A DNA stretch of 64,000 bases. Source: Chrysomallon squamiferum. Its lineage: Eukaryota; Animalia; Mollusca. Numbering within the stretch: position 1 is the first letter of the stretch; every line of letters begins with the position of its first letter. The stretch lies in contig CM022670.1 of assembly GCA_012295275.1 (NCBI GenBank), forward strand, positions 21,204,001 through 21,268,000, given 5' to 3'. A program made the position numbers and the translations under genes. Under the pieces are notes generated by a model. It worked only from the letters and a program-made list of their open reading frames with translations. It did no database searches and was not told the origin of the DNA. This document shows, one piece after another, positions 42,867 through 54,716 of this stretch.

Positions 42867-44275
42867 ATAAATAAATAAATAAATTAACAATAGATAGTAG
42901 TACTAGGAGTAGTGTTACTAGTAGTATGATGATGATGATGATAATGATCATAATACTAATATTATCAGTGTAATAATACTCGAACTTTCCTCTGGGCGTG
43001 TAAAGTAAAACATGCTATTTGTCAGTATTAACCTGTGAAATGGCGGCACTGAATTTCTTCTTTGTTATCATTATCTGTACAACTGATACCTAAAACCAAG
43101 TAATAGTGTCAAATGTATTAAACAAAAATGTATTCCATGACAACACACCTGTGTGACAAATCTTGAATTCCAGAGATCAGCTTGCCCAGTGTGACGCCGT
43201 GGCCGAAGTACTCCTGAACTAGAGCCAGTTGCTTTCGACTAGCTCTCGTCAAACCGAACAACTTGGGAACAACGCCAGTCGACTGTAAATAACGCAGGAT
43301 TTTCGCTTCTTTGATGATGAGCTGGTCTGATGTAGACACCGATGACTCAAAATCTTTGATTACGACTTTTTTAGGGTGTCCTTTCAACTCGGCTAGATAC
43401 ACACCACCATAGACGCCTTGACCAATAGAGATAATTGACCCGTTTTCTTTCCTACAATACCTGATGTTCTTGTCCTTCAGTAATGGTATTTCCACTCTGG
43501 ACAGTGATGAAGGAATATTCCGAAGAGCGGCGAATGTTTCCGAACCTGCTTTATATTGTTTGTGGTCATTATCATCAGCGTCATCATCATCAATATCAGC
43601 ATCATCACAATCATCATCATCATAATCATCATCATCGTCACCTTCAGTATCATCATCATCATCATCACCATCTTCTTCTTCTTCTTCTTCTTCCTCCTCC
43701 TCGTCCTCATCTTCATTTTCCTCCGGGCTTCTGTGTTTAGGAGAGTATTTAGGAGTAAAGAATTCCACAGATCTGGCATCTTTGTAACACTGGGCGTCGT
43801 TGGGCGTGAAGAAAAAAACGCGGGCTGATCGAGAAGACCGTCGTGCTATCCCAGGCATAGGCAGAGTCTGGCTTTTCTTACAAATCTTAACGTCATTAAG
43901 CGACACAGATTTTGAAGGCGTTCCCGAGAGTGCACCTTTATTTTCAGGTTGCGCAGTTTTCTCTTCTCTGTGCGAATCTTGCTTGTAAGAAATGGTAAAG
44001 ATGCCTCCAGATCCCGTCTCCTGCTGTGATTCCTCCCAAGCAACCTTCCTCACCCTCTCTTTCTCTGACGAATTAACACGATAAACATCGTTCTTGCACT
44101 CGTCTAACAGCCTAGACTCACTGTAGACATTATTGGAACACTGATCCAGTATTCTTGTCTCACCGGGAACATTCATCGTTACGTTTTCTAGGTAAACAGC
44201 TCTGGGTATGAACGCAAACATTTGTTCCATATTCATCGACCACAAATCCATTTTCATTATTTTCTTTATACACAC
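42338..44275 (-). CDS. Protein kinase, catalytic part (non-RD, probably Ser/Thr); coding segments ~44275/44120-43149 and 42773-42338
   Basis: Gly loop IGQGVYGGVY, VVIK lysine, alphaC Glu (IIKEAKIL), then a phase-2 GT-AG intron (43148-42774), then HNDIQTGN, DFG, HLAPE, SDVFSLG and a subdomain XI Arg (QRPSA). A long Asp/Glu tract precedes the domain. Confidence 0.9.
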
Positions 44276-45821
44276 GTTTATGGTGGTGACGTCCAGGTTG
44301 TTTCTCTTTACTTGAACTCCTGTGTTGATGATGTCCAGATATTTTCTCTTTGCTTGAACTCCTGTGTTGATGATGTCCAGATATTTTCTCTTTGCTTGAA
44401 CTCATGTGTTGATGATGTCCAGATATTTTCTCTTTGCTTGAACTCCTGTGTTGATGATGTCCAGGTTGTTTCTCTTTACTTGAACTCCTGTATTGATGAT
44501 GTCCAGATGTTTTCTCTTTGCTTGAACTCCTGTGCTGGTGATATTCATATTTGTTCTCTTCTTTCCTGATCATATGGTAGTGATGTCCACATGTTTTCTC
44601 TTTACTTGCACTCCTATGGTGGTGATGTCCAGATGGTTCCTCTTTAGTTGTACTCCTATGGTGTTGATGTCCAGATGGTTCCTCTTTAGTTGCACTCCTA
44701 TGGTGGTGATGTCCAGATGGTTCCTCTTTATTTGCACTCCTATGGTGGTGATGTCCAGATGGTTCCTCTTTAGTTGTACTCCTATGGTGGTGATGTCCAG
44801 ATGGTTCCTCTTTAGCTGTACTTCTATGATGGTGATGTCCAAATGTTTCCTCTTTATTTGTACTCCTATGACGGTGATGTCCAGATGGTTCCTCTTTATT
44901 TGTACTCCTATGGTGGTGACATTCAGATACTTTGTCGTTACTGTTACTCCTACGGTGGTGATGTCCAGATGTTTTCGCTTTAGTTGAAATTTGGGTTTTT
45001 TCTTTGAATGCATTTCTCTGACACTGATAACTAAACGCATTTTCTGTTTTATCATTATCACTGACATTTCTTTTCTCCACAAGAAGCTCAACAGAAAACT
45101 GGTCTCCCGGGATCTTTTCCTTACACACTGTTCTGAAATAACGATCCTCGTTTTGATATCTGGCGTTGGATCTCTGATGAACATCAGAATTTCTTTGACC
45201 TATGTCGTGCTTCGAACAAGAAACCTTGTCTCCTCTCTCGTTCCTCGGGTATTTTTCAATTTGCCGTCTGTCCACCTGCCTAAACTGGTTACCTTTATCC
45301 ATGGATGTTCTTTCCATGGGATCGACACACTGCTGGCGATCGCCGTGCTTTTGTATTTCGGGTCCTCTTTCCTCGCACGAATCCACCTGCAGCTGGTTCC
45401 TCGACGCCATCTTGTAGCTGAGATACTTGTTCTTCAGGGTGCACTCTGGACACTGCAACACACCGCACTTCGCCGACTTCTTGCCGAGGTTTAGCGTCAT
45501 GCACGACGAACTTACGGAGCTCTTGTTCTCGGGGTGGCACTTACCTGGGAACACGGTAGGGAAACTCGCGTTCTGGTGAGATTTGTTACTTCTGTAGCTG
45601 CTGGAACCGATTCGGTTTTGTTCCGAAGGCAGCAATGACCTGGGCACGGAAGGCTCGCTGACTGCGTGGTCTTTCTGTGACATCTGGCCAGACTCATCCG
45701 AATAGAAATAAATAATAGTGTCATTCGTTTTCCCCATGTCGTCGTTTCTGCTCGCCGTACTGTTGATGACGCCGTGGTTGTCGGGAAAGCCTCTGTGTTG
45801 TATCTGTACCGCTGTACACAT
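44160..45821 (-). CDS. 553-codon ORF with His-rich 14-aa repeats; probable N-terminal part of the adjacent kinase
   Basis: A long open frame in AT-rich DNA with ATG in an AAAACAATG context. It carries 17 copies of an SGHHHHRSxxKEE/K-type repeat and overlaps the kinase ORF in a different frame. Confidence 0.75.
   Translation of the reverse strand: MCTAVQIQHRGFPDNHGVINSTASRNDDMGKTNDTIIYFYSDESGQMSQKDHAVSEPSVPRSLLPSEQNRIGSSSYRSNKSHQNASFPTVFPGKCHPENKSSVSSSCMTLNLGKKSAKCGVLQCPECTLKNKYLSYKMASRNQLQVDSCEERGPEIQKHGDRQQCVDPMERTSMDKGNQFRQVDRRQIEKYPRNERGDKVSCSKHDIGQRNSDVHQRSNARYQNEDRYFRTVCKEKIPGDQFSVELLVEKRNVSDNDKTENAFSYQCQRNAFKEKTQISTKAKTSGHHHRRSNSNDKVSECHHHRSTNKEEPSGHHRHRSTNKEETFGHHHHRSTAKEEPSGHHHHRSTTKEEPSGHHHHRSANKEEPSGHHHHRSATKEEPSGHQHHRSTTKEEPSGHHHHRSASKEKTCGHHYHMIRKEENKYEYHQHRSSSKEKTSGHHQYRSSSKEKQPGHHQHRSSSKEKISGHHQHMSSSKEKISGHHQHRSSSKEKISGHHQHRSSSKEKQPGRHHHKRVYKENNENGFVVDEYGTNVCVHTQSCLPRKRNDECSR
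44275..44975 (-). repeat. Coding 42-bp tandem repeat, about 17 copies
   Basis: The unit tggtgatgtccagatggttcctctttagttgtactcctatgg and its variants repeat at a 42-bp period and preserve the frame. Confidence 0.95.
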
Positions 45822-45947
45822 TGTTTTATTTAATTATCTGTTTATTTGTGATTTAAGGCATTAGTAGTAGACGTTTCTGAAACAGACCTCATTTTGTGCA
45901 ACCTGCTGCTATCATCTGATAATAATAATAATAATAATAATAATAAC

Positions 45948-45978
<31 letters not shown>

Positions 45979-46155
45979 CTAGTAGAAGTAAAAACAACAA
46001 CAACTAAACAATACATTTAATTAAGATAATACTAATGATAATAATAACAGTTTTAAAGGGTAAAATAAACAGAATAAAAATATAAATAGAATTAAAGAAT
46101 AAAATATATTAACTGACAAATAACTTACTAACCAACTAAGTAACTAACTAAATAA

Positions 46156-46186
<31 letters not shown>

Positions 46187-46706
46187 ATTAATTAATTAAT
46201 TAATTAATAAATGAATAATACTAATACTAATACTAATACTAATAATAAATTAATAAATTAGGCCATCTGATTTTATTTGTTTTGACGCATTCATTATTAC
46301 AAAATTGTAATAAATATACTTATGCACATATCCATGAAGTAACATAAGGAAATATACTATAGCGGAAAATAAGAAATAAAGAGATTCTTATAAAATACGT
46401 ACACCAGAGTGGGGAGAATACTGCCGTACTATTTAGTAGGAACATACAGTTGTAGAGGGGGTTTGGTTTGCTGATACAGTGCATTAGTCATCAAGATCAA
46501 ATCATGTTAAAAAAGCAATCAAGAAACTGCCATAATTCTTTCAGTACCAGTGACTAAACCGTTTTTTTTTTATCTTTTATTTTCTACAAACTAATGACAA
46601 AAGAAATAGTTGTTTAATAAATTTAAACTAACCTTTATCCATTTTGTGAAGGAAATTTCAGTCAGTCCATTAAATACGCTGTGTTCTGCGACCGTGTACC
46701 GATATC

Positions 46707-46758
46707 TTTATGACGTAATACTTTCTAATGTAGTCATAGTTTCATTTATGACGTAATA
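46707..46758. promoter_or_regulatory. Duplicated CRE-like bZIP sites (TGACGTAA at 46711 and 46749) upstream of the kinase gene
   Basis: The direct repeat tttatgacgtaata occurs twice, just upstream of a candidate minus-strand donor (AAAG|gttagt at about 46632). Function is inferred only. Confidence 0.35.
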
Positions 46759-46878
46759 TGAAGCATGGACATGGAAGGTAACTCTAGATGTACGTCGAAC
46801 CTTTTTAACAACAGATTTGATCGCACTGATATATTTGATCCTTCCTTACTTCTCTTCTTAACCTGTATTATCTATCTA

Positions 46879-46910
<32 letters not shown>

Positions 46911-47005
46911 CCTGTCTGTCTATCTATCTTTATATCTATCTGTCTGTTTGTTGCTGTTTTGTGGGATTCGATAGCAGAACATTATTATTATATGTATTAT
47001 TATAT

Positions 47006-47064
<59 letters not shown>

Positions 47065-48621
47065 TATTATTTATTAATTTATTAACTGATTGATTAATCA
47101 TTCAATTTATGTATTTTCATTGCTACTACTACTTATTTATTTCCTTACTGATATTATTACAAAATATTCGATTAAAATTACAATAAAACAACTGTAACAG
47201 TAAAACATGAAGTAGAAGACGATAATCATTTATATGTGCTTAGGTGTGTATTAGTTATAGTAATCAAATAAATAAAAAAATAAATAAATAAAAACTATAA
47301 ATTAATAAATAATATAAAAAAAAAAAAAAAAAAATAAATTAAAAAAAAAAAATAAATAAATAAATAAATAAATAAAAAAAAAAAAAATAATAACAACAAC
47401 AACAACAAGAAAAAACATAACATTTTTATAGCATTAGTGTTATTGCAGTCGTAGTAGTAGTAGTAGTAGTATTTATTCGATGCTTGTCTACTACAGTTTT
47501 GTCTAAAGGACTTCGCCTTTGAAGAAGCTATAATTTAATTCTTAAAAAGTCCTGTTCTTTATTTAACGTCTTCCGCAGATTAGGTTCTCACAGCCAAATT
47601 TTATTTTGTGTCAGTTGATGGCTGTAATGTAGAACTTAACACCGGATAGAGTCTTCTTTTTATTATATCGGTTTCAGGTACAGACTCGTTTCAGGGTCGT
47701 GCAGCCAAAGTGAAAAACAGACACACAAATAGACGTAAGCGTGTAATCTGAAGGATTAGGTGAAAATGGTTTAACTACCGCCGAAGTCTGATTTTATAAC
47801 GTCGCTGTCACCTTAAACACTAACACGAAACCAGGGTAAGGTGTATTTGTTTTTTATGTCAGTCGGTTCATTGATTTTGTTTATTTTACAATATATCACG
47901 TCGAAGTAGCATACTTTTGTTTATTTGTAACTGTGATACTACAACTACTATTATGACTACTACTACTACTATTACGATCAGTACGATTACAACGACCGCC
48001 ACTATACTACTACTACTATTACTATTATTATTATTATTATTATTAGTAGTAGTAGTAGTAGTAATAGTAGTAGTAGAACTAATACAGATACATCTACTGC
48101 TACTACTATTACAACTACTACTACAACTACTAATAATAAAATTACTACTGCTCCTACTAATGATAATAACAGTCACAAAAACACACTGATGGATAGGTAT
48201 ATATTTAATTTAATATTACATTGCTTTATTTAGTTTTAATTAAAATAGTTTTAATTAAACGTAGCAACCTCTAATATACTATCTAAAATCTATCACTGCC
48301 ATGAAACAAATTAATTCAGAAACCACGCTTTACATTTAAAGATTAGATTATGAAGAATCTGTTGTGACATCTTGGAGATTTATGAATATTTAAGGTAAAA
48401 AAAAAAAAAAGAAAAGAAACATTCATATATACACACTCATATATATTAAAATAAAAATTATAAACAATCGAAGAGAAAGATTTAATTTCTTTAAAATATG
48501 AAATGTGTGATAAAATATAAATATATGATACTAATAAAAATGGAAAGAAAAATGATATTTTTAACTTAAGAGTTCGAAAGACAAAATAACAGATTTCTGA
48601 TCGTAAATACAGTAATGATAA

Positions 48622-48699
<78 letters not shown>

Positions 48700-49290
48700 T
48701 TTTGCTAGTAATAACTTAATACATTTGAATATGAACTATTATATAGCTTATTTTGTTTTTCTAAACTATTTTGTAAAGGAATAATGTTAAAATATTTTCA
48801 GTATTGATTCTGTTTCTACTAAACTACTGGTAATAACAGCTGGTACAGAAGAAATTACTACAGACAGTACACCACTTTTGCAGATATAAAATTAGTAAGA
48901 AATCAAGTAAGCAATAAATAAATAAATAAATATTTATTTATTTATTTGAACGCTGTTGTGTATATACTTATGTATGTAAATATAACTGCATTACTGCATA
49001 TATTTATATATATAGATATATCAATGTTGTTGTTGTTGTCTAAATCTGTTTAAATATAAACAAATAAATATACAAGACAACGCCAGCCGTTATAAAAACA
49101 AACAAAAAAAAGCGACATTTCATACGCTTTCAGTAGTAAAGAATTTTTATTGTAATATTATGTACAAGACACGAATAAACTGTACTAATGCAGAAATAAT
49201 GAATACGAATTTGAAACCTGTATAAACACGAAAATATTTATGTAACACGAAACACATGTGATATAAATAAAAGAGTTCCGGAAGCGAGTT

Positions 49291-49433
49291 CTAGTTATTT
49301 CCCTTTGTATCACTGCGGCAGGCGTGGGGCAGACTGTTTTCGTAGAAAGCTGACATAATCTCACCAACTTTTTCGCTGCAGCCCTTCAGGACTTTTACTT
49401 CACATTCCGTTCTCTTTTGGGAGAGGCTTGAAA

Positions 49434-49464
<31 letters not shown>

Positions 49465-50574
49465 CGTTTGAATAATAAGTACATTTGCAATAATGCATAT
49501 ATGTACGTAATATTTAAAATGCTTTTCCTTTATGTGTATCCATCAGCATATTCCTAGCAGATTAACACCGATCTGTATTTTATAACTGTATGTTTTCTTC
49601 AGAAGAAAAATGCTTAAACTATCTGAAAGTAGAGCTCAAATAATGTCACTGGAACGGATGCAGAATTAGTCGTATTAATAATTATTCGAGTGACTTTCCA
49701 TCAGGACTAAGATTAATTATGAAAATTATTAATCATTACACGTACGTGCAAACTAAGGTTCTTGTGACACTTTCTGACAGTTGTCGTTCTTTGCTGCCGA
49801 ACCTCATGACGACAGAGAGGTAGCCGATGTAGGTGTTGAACTGCTCATAACACGGCAACATCGCCGTTGTGTTCATCAGACACGTCAAATCTTCTGAGTC
49901 TTCAATCACTGTAATAAAATGTATAAAATATTGACAACAACAACAACAACAATAATAATATTGATAGTAGTATTAACTGCAGTAATATAATCTGATGATG
50001 ATGATGACAGAATCATGAAAATGGAGCTCTTGATGACGTATAAAACTGCATAAAATATAATCTAACTTCGTTGCAGAATTTCATTTTATTGTTTTTCTCA
50101 CACGGATGAAGAAGTAAAAAGAAATTTTCAAGAAAAAAGCAAAATTAAAAAAAAATAGGTGGCGTCATTATGCTGTATTTTAAATTTGATTCTGGTCAAT
50201 TTTCTTACAGAGATGGCATCGTACAAGCAGTCGACTTACTGGTCAAGTTATCGCAGAGTCCGTTATAGGCGTCGCTCACTGCTGTTTTGTTAAAGAGGGT
50301 TTGAAGATGGTTGTCACTTCATCTTCAGCGTTGCTAAAGTTTTCGTCAATACATTTGACAAATCTGTCCTTGGCTCTAAGAAAACAAAGTATCAGAATTA
50401 AAAATAAAGAAATAAAGATGAAGAAGAAGAAATGAATTTAAATGAAAAACCATTATTTAAAATCAGTCAGTGTGAACTCCTTTTTTATTTCTATATTATT
50501 TTACTATTAATGTGACCTATGACATAAAAAATATAATATATACTATACAATATAGGCCTACATTCTTACTAGAA

Positions 50575-50666
<92 letters not shown>

Positions 50667-51078
50667 TTCGTAATGAACTTACCTGCACACAGATTTGAAT
50701 ACATTCTGCGTGAAGTTCTTTTCCAGAGATCTGTCGGCAGGTTCTGTAAGATCGGTCTCGTTCGCGATGATGCGCAGACATCGAAGAACACCGTTACCCA
50801 AATCCGAATCGAGTTGAGCATGCGCAGAGGCAAAAACAATGGCTGAAATAAAATTATTTATTTATTTATTTATTTATTTTAAATCTTACGAGAAGCCATA
50901 TGACGTTAAAACAAGTGATATAAGGTTAATGAGAGACTAGTCGTACGAAGAACTCCTGAGGAACCTGCTGATATCAGTGCAGTTTTAAGATGCTTTTTGG
51001 AATTTAAGTGGAAGCTGGTTTCTTACACTGTCTTTAAAATAGTAAACTGTTTCAAGTATACTGAATCTCTAATTTTTA

Positions 51079-51132
<54 letters not shown>

Positions 51133-51595
51133 TATTATTATTATTATAATAAACAACAACTTTTTTAATATCATATCATTTTATTTTATTTATTTATTTA
51201 TTTTATTTTATTTTATTTCCATTTTTTATTATATATTTTTTTCTTAATGTAGCAACAAAATCATCGTCCTGTCGGTTACTGTAAATTAAATCTATAATTA
51301 TTAATTTTAATGGTACCTGTTTGCTTCCGTTTTATTTATTTTATATTTTTGAATATATATATAAATCGACATGTTTTGGAAAAAATTATAAAGTTCAGTT
51401 TATAAATTTAGGATTTGTACTTTGATACAAAAAGCAGCAGAGATTTTATGTTTAAAAATAAATAGCTAAATTTATAAAATGTAGTAATTTTAAAAATTGA
51501 AAACGTTAATAAATATATTAAATAAATTACGCTGGACGAAACATTAGGAAAAGACCATCCTTACCTATAACTAGTCCAAACGTTGTCGAATACAT
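49291..51595 (-). CDS. Secreted cysteine-rich protein (about 208 aa if repaired), 5 exons: 51595-51565, 50842-50683, 50375-50240, 49908-49746, 49426-49291; 1-nt frameshift in exon 3
   Basis: Signal-peptide-like MYSTTFGLVIAIVFASAHA|QLD, then RCLRII...SVCRAKDRFVKCID...[shift]...LFNKTAVSDAYNGLCDNLTMIEDSEDLTCLMNTTAMLPCYEQF...LVCTLSQKRTECEVKVLKGCSEKVGEIMSAFYENSLPHACRSDTKGNN*. All splice sites are GT-AG. Exon 3 is 136 nt but needs 137. A TATA box lies upstream and AATAAA downstream (about 49146). Confidence 0.8.
50991..51090. repeat. ~100-bp dispersed repeat, nearly identical to 56073-56170
   Basis: tgctttttggaatttaagtggaagc(t/a)ggtttcttacactgtctttaaaatagt(a/g)aactgtttcaagtatactgaatctc is present at both loci in the same orientation. 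Confidence 0.85.
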
Positions 51596-51706
51596 TATTC
51601 CTCTTGAGCGAAACAAAAAAACAACCTTATATTTCCACAAATAATAAAACAACTTGATCAGAACGTCAGCGAAATTAGAAAATGTACGAAAACAGCAAGA
51701 AGATGC

Positions 51707-51714
51707 TTTATATA
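51707..51714 (-). promoter_or_regulatory. TATA box (TATATAAA) of the secreted-protein gene
   Basis: TATATAAAG on the minus strand about 110 nt upstream of the ATG at 51595, flanked upstream by a GC-richer segment. Confidence 0.6.
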
Positions 51715-52325
51715 AGGCGGGGTGTCGAGCCACTGCATGTCGCGTTACGGAAGTAGCACTCACGGATTGTCTTATGACCTTTCGTGATGTCGCCGTTGAA
51801 GTTGCCGATCCTGTGTCATAACGGCCTCACCGTTCGTTACAAAGACGATGCCTGTTGAAAATTTAGTTTTGATGAAGAAAGTTTAAGACCTTATTATTAT
51901 TATTATTATTATTATTTATTTATTTTTTTTTTTCAGTAATAAGATAGAGTATAATTATTGGTTCCTTTTCTAATTAATTAATATATAGAGTGAATGGACA
52001 CTGTATTAATCAATTAATCAATTAATTAATTAATTTATTATTATTATTATTAAGGCATGTTTGCTTGTTTATTATTGTTGATACTTAGTGATATGACATT
52101 ATTTTCAGTTCTTACTAATAAAATCATCAATTTCTCCTCCTCTTCTTATTATTACTGAGTATAAGAAGAAGAAGAATATAGATTAAATGTAATAACGTCA
52201 ATCTTAAGAAATCAAATCTAACTACTCGTGTTTGTCTTAATTTAAATATAAATTTCACATATGCGTTAAATAGCGAATTTATTGATTAAAAAAAGAAGAA
52301 AATAAAGGTATATACTCTATTTATT

Positions 52326-52389
<64 letters not shown>

Positions 52390-53230
52390 TTTTCTTTCTT
52401 TTATTTATTTATCTTTTTTTCATTCTGTTTCCATACTGATTAGTATTTCTCACAAAACAAATATCAAATACTGTGATGTGGTGTATGATTTACAAAGCAT
52501 CTGCATGAATAAATTTGTGAACAGATTGAAATATATTTATATATACTTCTATGAAAAAAAAAAAAAAAAAAAAACACGCACCAGTGTGTTGCTTATGTGT
52601 ATGTTTATATACACCTACACACACAATAACAAACGCTGACACACGCACACCCACCTCTCACATACATATATACACACACACATACACATATACATACATA
52701 CATACATATTTACATACATATACATACATTAACACTTCTAAATCACAAAATGAGGTGAACACTAAGAAACTGTAACAGTTTCGTCTAGACGACAAATCTA
52801 GCCGACCAATGCTGTTGCCCCGCTGTCACGTTTTGACAACAGGCGATGTAGAGGCCGACGTGGCGTTGACCGAGATGTCCCAAACGTGCTGCAATCAAAA
52901 GCGAAAGCAGTGAAAAAACGTGGTGTTGAAGTTATGCTAATTTCCGCATGTCCGTGTGTACTTAACAATTCAAATTCAACGTCCTAATGTGTTAATACTT
53001 TGTGGTATGTGGAACTTGTTCCTGTCGTGTAGTTTTTTTTGAAATCTGCCCAATAAATTCCTTGTATAAAAAGGATATATATAAAGATTATGGTGAATGT
53101 CTGTTATCATGTGTGTGTATGGCTCTTTTTATAATAAAGATAAGGTATTTAGAATTTTGCCGCTAATCTTTGTGTATTATGGTGATTGTTGTTGGATGGT
53201 GAGGGTGTGTATGGTTGGCGTTATTATCTC

Positions 53231-53300
53231 CTTCAGTACTTGAAGATTTGATGTCTGATGAAAACAGTATCGATATTGCTGTGTTATGAGCAATTCATCT
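53231..53300 (+). pseudogene. Decayed inverted copy of exon 4 of the secreted-protein gene
   Basis: gaagatttga--tgtctgatgaaaacagtatcgatattgctgtgttatgagcaattca aligns with exon 4 GAAGATTTGACGTGTCTGATGAACACAACGGCGATGTTGCCGTGTTATGAGCAGTTCA. It is preceded by an acceptor-like cttcag and contains indels. Confidence 0.75.
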
Positions 53301-53995
53301 TTACTATAAGATTATTTTTTCTTCAACCTTTTTTCTATAGGTTTTGAAAAAAAGAAGAAAAAGAAACATTTATTTTTTATTGTTTACGCCTTGCAGATTC
53401 AACGCATGTGTATTATAAAATGATAATGAGAAAATCAGTCTTCGATAGATGTGATGACATGATGCATAATAAAGGGATATTATAAAGTATTATTTGTTGA
53501 TATTCAACGATTAAACCACAAACTTAGCTTACGTTCTCAGATACCATTCGTATATTTTACGTCGTAAAACGTAAAAACAAAATAAATAAATAAAATAAAC
53601 ATCAATATTAAAGTAACAATAGATGTCGTTAAACAAATATTCGTCTAGTTTCACTAATTTACAAACTGTAGTATCCAATAATACATATATACATAGATAC
53701 ACAAAAAAACACAAAAAAGAATATATAAATATATATATATATATGGAAAATAACATGTGGAACCTCAGAATATTTGTTTAGGTCATTGTTCTCACCACCA
53801 AGTACTTTAACATTTCACTCAGTTATGTAATCTATTTAGAAATCTTTTAAAACGTAACTATGTAAGAGTGTCAGTATGACATAAGCTGAAAAGTATTTTA
53901 AAACAATTCGTGTTTGTTTTAAGATTTTAGTTCAAGGAAATGTTAACCAGTCTGCACTATGAATGTTGTTCGTTCCTATTTTTTTTTTTAAAGTC

Positions 53996-54121
<126 letters not shown>

Positions 54122-54213
54122 TAAATATATATATGTATATATATGACAGAGAGAGAAATCGGATGAAAAGATGCCATGGAAAAAGAAAATCATAAATGAT
54201 CTGGTCAAATTTA

Positions 54214-54266
<53 letters not shown>

Positions 54267-54716
54267 TAATAATAATAACAATAATAATAATAATAATAAT
54301 AATAATTATAATAATAATAATAACAATAATAACAAGAAGAAGCAGAAGAAGAAGAAGAAAAGAAGAAGAAAAAGAAGAAGAATTTATTGTTTGACTTCTT
54401 AAAATTATTTTATTTTCTTTATGAAATTCAATTCAATTCAAATACATATCCAAAAATCACTCAATATATCAGTTTGTGTATTGTTTTTTTTATTTACTTT
54501 GGGTAACTACATATACAAAGATCCCTTGCTGCTGACAGTAGCCCATGCAAAGATGGCAGTTGATTTTCTTTCTCAGTCTTAATAACTGTACAAAATCTTT
54601 ATTAGACGGATAATGAATATCTGTTAATAAAAACTAAGATAGTATTAGACACATATTCATTTACTTCTGTTTCTCTGATGGCTTGATCTAGAAGTGGTTC
54701 AAAGGTCAAAAGTGGA

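Noticed and set aside
44222-45494. Alternative-frame and antisense ORFs over the His-repeat region
   Set aside because: They are shadows of the 42-bp coding repeat and the GC-richer exon, with no independent evidence.
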